Part shown: one piece after another, positions 1 to 13,450 of the stretch | How the letters are laid out: the number at the start of each line of letters is the position of its first letter | Numbering within the stretch: position 1 is the first letter of the stretch | NCBI RefSeq assembly: GCF_039654945.1 | Contig: NW_027361724.1 | Coordinates: 13,454,001-13,518,000 of the forward strand | Origin: Dendrobates tinctorius | Lineage: Eukaryota | Length of the DNA: 64,000 nucleotides | Reading direction: 5' to 3' | Position numbers and translations under genes: made by a program | Notes under the pieces: generated by a model | Databases searched by the model: none | Seen by the model: only the letters and a program-made list of their open reading frames with translations | Told to the model about the DNA's origin: nothing

Positions 1-189
1 ATCTTCTTCAGTAGGTGCTGTAAGGATGCAGCGGTGCACAGGATTTCTACATTGCACAAATCAAATCATAGAATCTATAAAAAAAAAAAAAAAAATATCT
101 AAGAAAATAAGTAACGATCATATAGTTTTCAGGCTAATGAGATTTGTGGTTGTAGCCATATAGAAATTCTGCGCACCGCAGCATCCTTA

Positions 190-547
190 GGCTGATTTTA
201 CGCTTACCGTATTTTTGCGGGCCGATTTTGCGGCCCCAATAGATTTCTATGTGGCTGCAAAATCGGCCAGCAAAAGTTACAAGGTGCGCCGTGTGCCGTA
301 CGGCCGTTTTCGCGGCCGTGATAAAAGATCGAGGTTGCTCGATCTTTTATACGGCGTAAGGACATGCCCCCCATTGTGAATCAATGGGGCTGCAAAAATA
401 AATGGAAGTTTATTTTTGCGGAAGCGCTGTCACTTCCGGTTTTCGGAACGCCAAAGCACGGCGATTCGCAAACTTGTTGCGGTACACCACAAAAAATGCG
501 GCATGCAAAAACAGGCCGGGAAAATTGCGGTAAGTGTAAAACCAGCC
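190..547. mobile_element. Harbinger/Tourist-type MITE
   Basis: TIRs GGCTGATTTTACGCTTACCG / CGGTAAGTGTAAAACCAGCC flanked by TTA on both sides; no coding capacity. Confidence 0.75.
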
Positions 548-810
548 TTACAGCGCCTCCTGAAGATTCAGGATACCATATTGTGGTGCACATCATCCAT
601 AGGCCACAATGTAATACAAACCTTATACTGCATGGCATATATTGTATTTTGTGCAGTATGGTGATGTAGAAGGAAAATAAGAAGTATACAAATGTAGATA
701 TGGGCAGCCGATGTCTCAGGACCATGCATTTAGCATCCACGGGGTCTAACGGGCCTAATAAGGTGGACATGGGGATCATTTGGAAATCAATCTAAACAGG
801 ATAACATTAA

Positions 811-1528
811 AAGGGAACCTGTCACATCCTGAAATGTTATTTACCTTCAGACATAGGTGTAATCTGCAGGAAAATGATGGTTAAATCCTGTGCAGAAGGT
901 ACGCCGACTTGATCTTTTACCATTTCTGGACAGCTTATCAAAAAATGACAGTAAATATTTTTTACAGACACATTGTACAACCATGGTAAATCACTGTTAT
1001 ACATGATGTATGTCTACAATTTAGATTTAAAACACATTACATTCACCGGGAAATGTAGAATAATGATAATTACATTACAGCCACAAAAACCTGTAGATGT
1101 TACTCAAACTTCAAAAATAAATAAATCGCAGAAGTATCAAATTATTTTTTTTACGGACAGATGAAAAAAATGCCTTATTTTTATGGAATGTCAAGGAATT
1201 CCGGTTGGAAACCCTTCTATGTATACAGCTTACTGGAGCAGCAGCTTAAGGGAGAAAATTATGTTTTATTCTACCTGCAGCCACTCCCATACACACACTG
1301 AATAGCAATCAATGTGCCGGGGAGTGATTACAGCTCGCTCACTGTATAGCGAGGGGTGATGGTAAACGCTCCTACGACTGGACGAGAGCGCACAGGGAGT
1401 ATAACACTTAATTTTCTCCCTGTAGCCGCAACTCCAATATGCCAGCTACACAGCATCTAAATGCCTTTTACCTGCAGATTACTCCTATATCTCAGGTAGA
1501 TAGCATTTCAGGAAGTGACAGGTTCCAT
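811..1528. mobile_element. Kolobok/T2-type MITE
   Basis: TTAA-AAGGGAACCTGTCA ... TGACAGGTTCCAT-TTAA termini. Confidence 0.65.
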
Positions 1529-2974
1529 TTAAGCTGTAGATCTGCATATAACAGCAACAATTTTCATGGCTGGACAGCCTTATAATACCAAATAAAAAAA
1601 ACAAACATTGACCAATAATGACAAAAATAACACCTCCAAAAGAAATTGGAAGTATAGATTATTACAGTCGGGCCCTTCTACGATCACCATAGCTGTAAAC
1701 ACATGACAGTTTGGATTGTAAACTCTTATGGACAGGAATCTTTTTGTTGGTTCCATACATTATTATAAAGTAGAATATAAACTAGAGAACATTGGGGTAA
1801 AAAAAAAAAAAAAAACTAATGAAGCAGCACAGGTAAACAATATGGCATTTTACCTCAGCATGGCCTACATTTACATACAGCTCTGAGCAATACAGTCCAG
1901 CTACTGAGCAAAATTTTTTAAAAAATGGGCATGTACGGGGTGTTATTGTGACGACTCCACTCCCACAGTAATCATGCATAATGGTCTCCCCCTTCTGCTT
2001 ACACGTATCTGCAATTGGTGCCCCATTCTCTTCATGTCTAAAATGGCCGCTGTGCAAAGTCTGACCCAGGCCCCAATGTGGACACAGCATTATTGTCATA
2101 GCCATTGGTCCGACTGAGGCGACGTTCAGACTTTCCACGCCTCTGCAGCAGCCATTTAGGACATGAAGAGAATTACTATGAGGGATGAGTGGTCCATTAA
2201 TTTGGTGCCATTATGACAGAAAACAACCTGGCTGATGACCTCCTTGCTGACTACCTGGTTCTCTGCATTTGTCTAGGCCTCGTTACCGCAGCAACACAGC
2301 AGAGCATGGCTTTCCGTTACTAATCTTTACTAGTAAGAGACAACTAGCTTTCCACTGGTTGCCAGGGACAAAACGGCCCCATAAGTCAAGCTCTGGCAAC
2401 GCACGTGGGCAGCCATGATGTGCACCAAGAAAGACCGGCATCAGCAAAGATGAGGTGATTGCATCATGGCCGCACTGGTTTCTTTGTGAAGGTTTCCTTG
2501 GAGCCTCGGTTCTGGAAGCCATTCATTCTCCTTTTGGGTTACAGATGAGATATGTCATGGAACAGAACAATTTAGTCTCTCCTATCCGGCAAGAATCCCA
2601 CATAAAATCCTCATACAGAGTGACAAAACAGAAAAGAAACTAATATGGCTGCCATACAATAGCTCCGCACGCCTTGGAGCATGACAAATGGTAAAATCAC
2701 CTGTGCAGAAGCCTGTAGGCTCCATTCACACCTATATCACTGGTTCAAGTTTTACAAGAACCATGACAGAGGCAATTTGGCTTCCATTAAGTCCATTTTT
2801 TTCCATTTTTAAATAGAACCTGTCATCACGATTTAACCTGTTAAAGTAAAGGTATGGCCATAATGGCCCTGCTATACTGATTTAATCGATAGCTGTAGTG
2901 AAAATATCCATAGCCTGGCTCTTGTTTAATTCAACTTTGCACACACTGCAGCAGGGATTTTGGCCCACTCCTCT

Positions 2975-5415
2975 ATACAGATCTTCTCCAGATTTTTCAG
3001 GTTTTGGGGCTGTCACTGGGCAACATTGAGTTACAACTCCTCCAAAGATTTTCTATTGGGTTCAGGTCTGGAGTCTGGCAAGGCCACCCAAGGACCTTGA
3101 AATGCTTTTTATGGAGCCACTCCTTAGTCACCCTGGCTGTGTGCTTCAGTTCATTATCACGCTGGAAGTGAGGTTTTCCCCACCATGCTTCACGGTTGGG
3201 ATGGTGTTCTTGGGGTTGTACTCATCTTTCTTCTGCCTCAAAACACGGCGAGTGGAGTTGATAATCAAAAAGTTCTATTTTGGTATCATCTGACCACATA
3301 ACCTTCTCCCATGCCTCCTCTGATCATCCAGATAGTCATTGGTGAATTTCAAATGGGCATGGACATGTGCTGGCATGTAAAGGAGAACCTTGTCTGCCCT
3401 GCAGGATATTAATCCATGACAACGTGGTGTGTTACTAACAGTAATGTTTGAGACTGTGGCACCAGCTCTCTTCAGGTCATCGACTGTGTCCTCCCATGTA
3501 GTTTTGGGCCGATTCCTGACCTTTCTCAGATTTATCCTTATCTCACGATACGAGATCTTGTATGGAGCCTCATAGAATCATAGAATCGTAGAGTTGGAAG
3601 GGACCTCCTGGGCCATCTGGTCCAACCCCCTGCTCAAAGCAGGATTCGCTAAATCATCCCAGTCAGATGTCTGTCCAGCCTCTGTTTGAAGACTTCCATT
3701 GAAGGAGAACTCACCACTTCTCGTGGCAGCCTGTTCCACTCATTAATCACTCTAACTGTCAAAAAGTTTTTTCTAATATCTAATCTGTGTCTCCTCCCAT
3801 TCAGTTTCATCCCATTGCTTCTAGTCTTTCCATGTGCAAATGAGAATAAAGTTGATCCTTCTACAATGTGACAGCCCTTTAGATATTTGTAGACAGCTAT
3901 TAAGTCTCCTCTCAGTCTTCTCTTTTGCAAACTAAACATTCCCAAATCCTGCAACCTTTCCTCATAAGACAGGGTTTGCAGACCGGTTACCATTCTGGTC
4001 GCTCTTTTCTGAACTTGCTCCAGTTTGTTGATGTCTTTTTTAAAATGTGGTGCCCAAAACTGGACACAATATTCCAGATGAGGTCTGACCAAAGAGGAGT
4101 AGAGGGAAATAATGACTTCACGTGATCTAGACTGTATGCTTCTGTTAATACATCCTAGAATTGCATTTGCCTTTTTTGCTGCTGCATCACACTGTTGACT
4201 CATATTCAGTCTGTGATCTATTAGTATACCCAAGTCTTTTTCACATGTGCTGTCACTTAGCCTTATTCCTCCCATTCTATATATGCTTTTTTCATTTTTA
4301 TTGCCCAGATGTAGTACTTTGCATTTCTCCCTGTTAGAAACCATTCTGTTAGTTGCTGCCCACTTCTCCAGTTTATTTAAATCTTTTTGAATCCTCTCGC
4401 TCTCTTCTCTAGTATTAGCTATCCCTCCTAGCTTTGTATCTTCAGCAAATTTAATCAGTTTACCCGCAATTCCTTCATCTAAATCGTTGATAAAGATGTT
4501 GAACAATACAGGGCCCAGGACAGAGCCCTGTGGTACCCCACTTGAGACATTCTTCCAACTGGATGTGCAGCCATTTACGACCACTCTTTGGGTCCGATCA
4601 CTAAGCCAGTTATGAATCCACCTAACAGTTGCCTTGTCCATTCCATACTTAGTCATTTTTTCAATAAGGATTGTATGAGAGACTTTGTCAAATGCTTTGC
4701 TGAAGTCAAGATATACTATATCTACAGCATTTCCTTGATCCACCCAATCAGTGATACCGTCATAGAAGGAAATTAAGTTAGTCAGACATGACTTATTAGT
4801 TAGAAACCCATGCTGACTCTGTTTAATCACTTCATTCTTATCCAGGTATTGACATACATGTTGTTTAATAATTTGTTCAAAGACTGAGGAAGATTGACAG
4901 TCATCTTGCGTTTCTAACATTTTCTACTAATTGTCCCAAAACTTATTGCCTTCTCGCCAAGCTGCTTGCCTATTGTCCTGTAGCCCATCTCAGCATGTGC
5001 AGGTCTAGAATTTTGTCCCTGGTGTCCTTATATCTCTTTGGTCTTAGCCATGGTGGAGAGGTTGGTGTGTGATTGAGTGTGTGGACAGGTGTATTTTATA
5101 CAGGTAATGAGTTCAAACAGGTGCAATTAATACAGGTAACGAGTGCAGAGTAGTAGATGGGCTTCTTAAAGAAAAACACGTCTGTGAGAGCCAGAATTCT
5201 TGCTGGTTGGTAGGTGATCAAATACTTATTTTGCGCAATAAAATGACATTTAAATTATTTAAAAATTATACAATGTGATTTTCTAGTTTTTATTGTTAGA
5301 TTCTGTCTCTCACTGTTGAAGTGTACCTATGATAAAAATTACAGACCTCTCCATTCTTTGTAGGTGGGAAAACTTGCAAAATCAGCAGTGTATCCAATAC
5401 TTATTTTCCCCACTG
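2975..5415 (-). mobile_element. Degenerate Tc1/mariner DNA transposon, split by a CR1 insertion
   Basis: Right end ...AATACTTATTTTCCCCACTG followed by TA is a Tc1-type TIR. Decayed transposase-like sequence lies on both sides of the CR1. The left boundary is approximate and truncated. Confidence 0.7.
3571..4883 (-). mobile_element. 5'-truncated CR1 LINE (RT and C-terminal part of ORF2)
   Basis: ORF 3649-4920 has [42 protein letters not shown] and RRLRGDLI motifs. An (ATTCTATG)n CR1 tail is at 3571-3590. Confidence 0.95.
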
Positions 5416-5446
5416 TATGTCCCTCATTCATAAGTGATTCCTTTAA

Positions 5447-5726
5447 GGCTATGTGCACATGTATACAGAAAATTTCTGCATAAAAACCGGACTCCTTCCC
5501 AGAAACCGCGCATTTTTTTCCGCGCAGCCCCAGACACACAAAAATAACCAGAAATGCGGAAAAATCCGCGAACTTAATGAGCATTCTGCGTTTTTTTTAC
5601 CGCGAAGCGTTTTTTTCTCGGAAATAAACGCATCAATATGCACAAAAAGTGCAAAATGCATTAAAATGAATGGGAAGCTTCTTTTAAGCAAATCCGTGAA
5701 AAAAACGCTGTGTGTGAACACAACCT
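5447..5726. mobile_element. Harbinger-type MITE
   Basis: GGCTATGTGCACA ... TGTGAACACAACC termini with TAA flanks; a similar element lies at 61556-62510. Confidence 0.65.
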
Positions 5727-6534
5727 AAGGTGAAATTAAATCAAAATAATAGACGATGAAGAAAGGGGACGTTACCACACTGAGATTTCTGCTACTAAAC
5801 CTTAAAGAACATTCCCAGCGCGCGTCCATTCAAATCAATACAGGCTGCTGAGACGGTGCTGGATTTACCATAACAGAAATCTCCGAGAAGTGCCAAAAGG
5901 GTCCGAGCCCACTACAGAGGCCTTTTATCCTAGAAACCTGAGGTGCTCCAAAAAGACAGAAACCAGGCATGTATAAATGACATTTTGACTGGATGTCCAC
6001 CCCTTTAAGACAAAAAGACACTATAAAGAAGTTTACAGAGCAAAAAAATAAAGCTGCACACAGGCAGCAATACAAGTAAAATAAGTTATTAATATATACT
6101 CACCCGATCCCCAAGTCGTCCCCTGACATCATATGTCGGGGTCGTCAGAAGCACCCCCACCCCATACACAGTAGATAGATACCAATACCGACACACTCAG
6201 AAGGATCGGACGACTTCAATGTGTACAGGGGCCTTAAATCGGAGCTGTCATAGTGTGATATAAACAATAAGACATCCCTGTTCAGGTCACTTTTTTTGTC
6301 CCCAATTACAGTATACACCAGGCAAAAGTAATGTAAACGATAAAGGCCGAACTAACGGGGGACGCCGCCAGCCCACAGAATAATAAATGACAAATCACGT
6401 GTTTCAGTAAAAGATTATTAGTCAGGATGCCACAGGATGGCCGCGTACTACACCCTCGGTTCTGAGCTACACTGCTGTATACTATACCCGCCATGTAGGC
6501 ACATCTCTGGCCTCCTATCACTCATAATACACAT

Positions 6535-8200
6535 CGCCAGCGATCGCCGCATAGATCGCACCCCAGCAGCAGCGATCGCCGCATAGATCGCACACCAGCA
6601 GCAGCGATCGCCCTATAGATCGCACACCAGCAGCAGCGATCGCCCTATAGATCGCACACCAGCAGCAGCGATCGCCCTATAGATCGCACACCAGCAGCAG
6701 CGATCGCCCTATAGATCGCACACCAGCAGCAGCGATCGCCCTATAGATCGCACACCAGCAGCAGCGATCGCCCTATAGATCGCACACCAGCAGCAGCGAT
6801 CGCCCTATAGATCGCACACCAGCAGCAGCGATCGCCCTATAGATCGCACACCAGCAGCAGCGATCGCCCTATAGATCGCACACCAGCAGCAGCGATCGCC
6901 CTATAGATCGCACACCAGCAGCAGCGATCGCCCTATAGATCGCACACCAGCAGCAGCGATCGCCCTATAGATCGCACACCAGCAGCAGCGATCGCCCTAT
7001 AGATCGCACACAGCAGCAGCGATCGCCCTATAGATCGCACACAGCAGCAGCGATCGCCCTATAGATCGCACACAGCAGCAGTGATCGCCCTATAGATCGC
7101 ACACAGCAGCAGTGATCGCCCTATAGATCGCACACAGCAGCAGTGATCGCCCTATAGATCGCACACAGCAGCAGTGATCGCCCTATAGATCGCACACAGC
7201 AGCAGCGATCGCCCTATAGATCGCACACCAGCAGCAGCGATCGCCCTATAGATCGCACACCAGCAGCAGCGATCGCCCTATAGATCGCACACCAGCAGCA
7301 GCGATCGCCCTATAGATCGCACACCAGCAGCAGCGATCGCCCTATAGATCGCACACCAGCAGCAGCGATCGCCCTATAGATCGCACACCAGCAGCAGCGA
7401 TCGCCCTATAGATCGCACACCAGCAGCAGCGATCGCCCTATAGATCGCACACCAGCAGCAGCGATCGCCCTATAGATCGCACACCAGCAGCAGCGATCGC
7501 CCTATAGATCGCACACCAGCAGCAGCGATCGCCCTATAGATCGCACACCAGCAGCAGCGATCGCCCTATAGATCGCACACCAGCAGCAGCGATCGCCCTA
7601 TAGATCGCACACAGCAGCAGCGATCGCCCTATAGATCGCACACAGCAGCAGTGATCGCCCTATAGATCGCACACAGCAGCAGTGATCGCCCTATAGATCG
7701 CACACAGCAGCAGTGATCGCCCTATAGATCGCACACAGCAGCAGTGATCGCCCTATAGATCGCACACAGCAGCAGTGATCGCCCTATAGATCGCACACAG
7801 CAGCAGTGATCGCCCTATAGATCGCACACAGCAGCAGTGATCGCCCTATAGATCGCACACAGCAGCAGTGATCGCCCTATAGATCGCACACAGCAGCAGT
7901 GATCGCCGTATAAGATGGCACACAACAGTGATCGCCGTATAGATCGCACACCAGCAGCAGCGATCGCCGTATAGATCGCACACAGCAGCAGCGATCGCCG
8001 TATAGATCGCACACAGCAGCAGCGATCGCCGTATAGATCGCACACAGCAGCAGCGATCGCCGTATAAGATGGCACACAACAGTGATCGCCGTATAGATCG
8101 CACACAGCAGCAGCGATCGCCGTATAGATCGCACACAACAGTGATCGCCCTATAGATCGCACACAGCAGCAGTGATCGCCGTACAGATCGCACACAGCAG
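6535..8200. repeat. 31/32-bp CpG-rich minisatellite in NCKAP1 intron 1
   Basis: Unit ATAGATCGCACA(C)CAGCAGCAG(C/T)GATCGCCCT, about 50 copies. Confidence 0.97.
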
Positions 8201-8535
8201 TGATCTCTGTGGATCACACACGGATGCTGAGCCTGCTCTCCGGTGACACAGGAGTGTGATCACACATTACATGGGAATGTCCGCACAGATTTCTTCCTGC
8301 AATCATGGAGGATTTCCTCCTCCTCCTCCCTACAGCTGGGATCCCTCATCCTGCACCGCCCTGTCCTCCTCATCACCCCCCATACCTCAGTACAGGGCTC
8401 CTCACCCCCATCCTCCTCGCACCGGCCATCGCCCCCGGCTCTGTGTCCGGACCCCGGTCTCCGGCCCTGGCACAGCCCGGTGTGTGTGGAGCCGCAGGCC
8501 GCACGTACCGCCCGCACTCCGCCTCCTCCCTTTAC

Positions 8536-8643
8536 CTTCTTGATGTTGTAGAGCCGGGTGAGCATGCCGATGCCCCGGTCATTGAGGATGGTCAGCTTCT
8601 CGGCCAGCTTCTGCTGACTGGGCTGCAGCACGGAGCGCGACAT
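8536..8643 (-). CDS. NCKAP1: Nck-associated protein 1, coding exon 1 (gene continues left of the window)
   Basis: [36 protein letters not shown] matches the NCKAP1 N-terminus. A phase-0 donor AAG|GTAAAG follows at 8535. Synteny with DUSP19 and NUP35 agrees. Confidence 0.97.
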
Positions 8644-8990
8644 GCTGCCTCTGTCCTCCTAGCACCGGAGCTGTCCCAGGCCTCGCACGGAGGGAGAAGC
8701 GGCGTTGTCGTTCTTCAGGGCCGGTAGGCGGGGGGCTGTTGTTATGGAGGGGGGACCCTCATACACATCCCATGCCCCGCAGGTTAACGCGATGACACGC
8801 CTGCCTGGCAGCCGCCGTCCAGCACCACCCTTCCTGCCGAATGTGGGCGGCGCCATCCAGAGCCACGCCCCTGTTCCAATCGCCCATGGAGAAGGAATCG
8901 GGATCCCGCGCATGCGCGTCTCTGCGACCGAGTCTGCGGCTGTGGAGTAGTCACAGTGCCCGCGGATGGCGGTGGGGACTGTGCGTACTG
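8644..8990 (-). promoter_or_regulatory. NCKAP1 5' UTR / CpG-island promoter
   Basis: GC/CpG-rich; NRF1 palindrome GCGCATGCGC at 8908-8917; CCAAT at 8876-8880. Confidence 0.65.
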
Positions 8991-11900
8991 TGCTGCCGAG
9001 ACACAGAGCGCTGCCGAGATATATAGTGCTGCCGAGGTATATAGTGCTGCCGAGATACATAGCGCTGCCGAGGTATATAGTGTTGCCGAGATACATAGAG
9101 TGCTGCCGAGATACATAGAGTGCTGCCGAGATATATAGTGCTGCCGAGATACATAGAAAGTGCTCAGAGATACATAAATAGTGCTGCCGAGATACATAGA
9201 GTGCTGCCGAGATACATAGAGTGCTGCCGAGATACATAGAGTGCTGCCGAGATATAGAGTGCTGCCGAGATACATAGAGTGCTGCCGAGATACATAGAGT
9301 GCTGCCGAGATATATAGTGCTGCCGAGATACATAGAAAGTGCGCAGAGATACATAAATAGTGCTGCCGAAATACATAGTGCTGCCGAGATACATAGAGTG
9401 CTGCCGAGATATATGGTGCTGCCGAGATATATAGTGCTGCCGAGATACATAGTGCTGCCGAGATATAGAGTGCTGCCGAGATATAAAGTGCTGCCGAGAT
9501 ATATAGTGCTGCCGAGATACATAGAAAGTGCTCAGAGATACATAAATAGTGCTGCCGAAATACATAGAGTGCTGCCGAGATATATAGTGCTGCCGAGATA
9601 CATAGAAAGTGCGCAGAGATACATAAATAGTGCTGCCGAAATACATAGTGCTGCCGAGATACATAGAGTGCTGCCGAGATATATAGTGCTGCCGAGATAT
9701 ATAGTGCTGCCGAGATACATAGTGCTGCCGAGATATAAAGTGCTGCCGAGATATATAGTGCTGCCGAGATACATAGAAAGTGCGCAGAGATACATAAATA
9801 GTGCTGCCGAAATACATAGTGCTGCCGAGATACATAGAGTGCTGCCGAGATATATAGTGCTGCCGAGATATATAGTGCTGCCGAGATACATAGTGCTGCC
9901 GAGATATAGAGTGCTGCCGAGATATAAAGTGCTGCCGAGATATATAGTGCTGCCGAGATATATAGAAAGTGCTCAGAGATACATAAATAGTGCTGCCGAG
10001 ATACATAGAGTGCTGCCGAGATACATAGAGTGCTGCCGAGATATATAGTGCTGCCGAGATACATAGAAAGTGCGCAGAGATACATAAATAGTGCTGCCGA
10101 AATACATAGAGTGCTGCCGAGATATATAGAGTGCTGCCGAGATACATAGAGTGCTGCCGAGATATATAGTGCTGCCGAGATACATAGAAAGTGCGCAGAG
10201 ATATATAAATAGTGCTGCCGAAATACATAGAGTGCTGCCGAGATATAGAGTGCTGCCGAGATATAGAGTGCTGCCGAGATATATAGTGCTGCCAAGATAC
10301 ATAGAGTGCTGCCGAGATACATAGAGTGCTGCCGAGATATATAGTGCTGCCGAGATACATAGAGTGCTGCCGAGATATATAGTGCTGCCGAGATACATAG
10401 AGTGCTGCCGAGATATAGAGTGCTGCCGAGATATAGAGTGCTGCCGAGATACATAGAGTGCTGCCGAGATATATAGTGCTGCCGAGATATAGAGTGCTGC
10501 CGTGATACATAGAGAGTGCCGCGGAGATACATAAATAGTGCTGCCAAAATAGAGCATGCTGCCGAAATACATAGTGCTGCCGAGATACATAGAGTGCTGC
10601 CGAGATACATAGAGTGCTGCCGAGATATATAGTGCTGCCGAGATACATAGAGTGCTGCCGGGATACATAAAGTGCTGCCGAGATACATAGAGTGCTGCCG
10701 AGATATATAGTGCTGCCGTGATACATAGAGAGTGCCGCGGAGATACATAAATAGTGCTGCCAAAATAGAGCATGCTGCCGAAATACATACAGTGCTGCCG
10801 AGATACATAGAGTGCTGCCGAGATATATAGTGCTGCCGAGATACATAGAGTGCTGCTGAGATATATAGTGCTGCCGAGATACATAGAGTGCTGCCGAGAT
10901 ACATAGAGTGGTGCCGAGATAGAGTGCTGCCGAGATATATAGTGCTGCCGTGATACATAGAGAGTGCCGCGGAGATACATAAATAGTGCTGCCAAAATAG
11001 AGCATGCTTCCGAAATACATAGTGCTGCCGAGATATATAGTGCTGCCGAGATACATAGAGTGCTGCTGAGATATATAGTGCTGCCGAGATACATAGAGTG
11101 CTGCTGAGATATATAGTGCTGCCGAGATACATAGAGTGCTGCCGAGATACATAGAGTGCTGCCGAGATATATAGTGCTGCCGTGATACATAGAGAGTGCC
11201 GCGGAGATACATAAATAGTGCTGCCAAAATAGAGCATGCTGCCGAGATACATAGAGTGCTGCCGAGATATATAGTGCTGCCGAGATACATAGAGTGCTGC
11301 TGAGATATATAGTGCTGCCGAGATACATAGAGTGCTGCTGAGATATATAGTGCTGCCGAGATACATAGAGTGCTGCCGAGATACATAGAGTGCTGCCGAG
11401 ATATATAGTGCTGCTGAGATATATAGTGCTGCCGAGATACATAGAGTGCTGCTGAGATATATAGTGCTGCCGAGATACATAGAGTGCTGCCGAGATACAT
11501 AGAGTGCTGCCGAGATATATAGTGCTGCCGTGATACATAGAGAGTGCCGCGGAGATACATAAATAGTGCTGCCAAAATAGAGCATGCTGCCGAGATACAT
11601 AGAGTGCTGCCGAGATATGTAGTGCTGCCGAGATACATAGAGTGCTGCTGAGATATATAGTGCTGCCGAGATACATAGAGTGCTGCTGAGATATATAGTG
11701 CTGCCGAGATACATAGAGTGCTGCCGAGATACATAGAGTGCTGCCGAGATTTATAGTGCTGCCGAGATAGAGTGCTGCTGAGATATATAGTGCTGCCGAG
11801 ATACATAGAGTGCTGCTGAGATATATAGTGCTGCCGAGATACATAGAGTGCTGCCGAGATACATAGAGTGCTGCCGAGATATATAGTGCTGCCGTGATAC

Positions 11901-13450
11901 ATAGAGAGTGCCGCGGAGATACATAAATAGTGCTGCCAAAATAGAGCATGCTGCCGAAATACATAGTGCTGTCGAGATATATAGATAGTGCTGCCAAAAT
12001 ACATAGATAGTGCTGCCGAGATACATAGATAGTGGTGCTGAAATACATAGAGTGCTACCAAGATATACAGTGCTGCCGAGATACATAGAGAGTGCCGCGG
12101 AGATACATAAATAGTGCTGCCAAAATACAGAGATAGTGCTGCCGAGATATATAAATAGTGCTGCCAAAATACATAGAGTGCTGCCAAGATACATAAATAG
12201 TGCTGCCGAAATAGAGCATGCTGCCGAAATACATAGTGCTGTCGAGATATATAGATAGTGCTCCCGAAATACATAGATAGTGCTGCCAAGATATAGAGTG
12301 CTGCCAAGATACATAGATAGTGGTGCTGAAATACATAGTGCTGCCGAAATACATAGAGAGTGCTGCCGAGATACATAGTGCTGCCGAGATATATAGAGTG
12401 CTGCCAAGATATATAGTGCTGCCGAGATACATAGAGAGTGCCGCGGGGATACATAAATAGTGCTGCCAAAATACAGAGATAGTGCTGCCGAGATATATAA
12501 ATAGTGCTGCCGAGATACATAGATAGTGCTGCCGAAATACATAGAGAGTGCTGCCAAGATACATAAATAGTGCTGCCAAAATAGAGCATGCTGCCGAAAT
12601 ACATAGTGCTGTCGAGATATATAGATAGTACTCCCGAAATACATAGATAGTGCTGCCGAGATATAGAGTGCTGCCAAGATACATAGATAGTGGTGCTGAA
12701 ATACATAGTGCTGCCAAAATACATAGTGCTGCCGAGATACATAGTGCTGCCGAGATACATAGAGTGCTGCCAAGATATATAGTGCTGCCGAGATATATAG
12801 AGAGTGCCGCGGAGATACATAAATAGTGCTGCCAAAATACAGAGATAGTGCTGCCGAGATATATAAATAGTGCTGCCGAGATACATAGATAGTGCTGCCG
12901 AAATACATAGAGTGCTGCCAAGATACATAAATAGTGCTGCCGAAATAGAGCATGCTGCCGAAATACATAGTGCTGTCGAGATATATAGATAGTGCTCCCG
13001 AAATACATAGATAGTGCTGCCGAGATATAGAGTGCTGCCAAGATGCATAGATAGTGCTGCTGAAATACATAGATAGTGCTGCCGAAATACATAGATAGTG
13101 CTGCTGAGATACATAGATCGTGCTGCCGAAATAGAGTGCTACCGAAATACATAGTGCTGCCAAAATAGAGAGTGCTACTGAGATACATAGAGACTGCTGC
13201 CGAGATACATAGAGAGTGCTGCCGAAATACATAGATAGTGCTGCCAAAATAGATGAATAGTGTTGCCGAGATACATGGATAGTGCTGCCGAGATACATAG
13301 TGCTGCCGAAATACATACATAGTGCTGCCGAAATACAAAGATAGTCCTGCCGAGTTACATAGATAGTGCTGCCGACGTACATAGTGCTGCCACGATATAT
13401 AGATATTATTGTGGAGATTGCCGATGCTGCCGAAATAGATAGTGCTCCTG
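8990..13450. repeat. 18/20-bp minisatellite, about 4.4 kb, with higher-order variants
   Basis: Core GTGCTGCCGAGATA(C/T)ATA(GA) repeated more than 200 times, diverging toward 13450. Confidence 0.97.

Noticed and set aside
1-8535. NCKAP1 exon 2 or an alternative micro-exon
   Set aside because: No ACGDPKAKP-like coding segment was found by eye; exon 2 presumably lies left of the window.
6535-13450. CRISPR-like look of the regular repeats
   Set aside because: The repeats are head-to-tail with no unique spacers, there are no cas genes, and the context is vertebrate.
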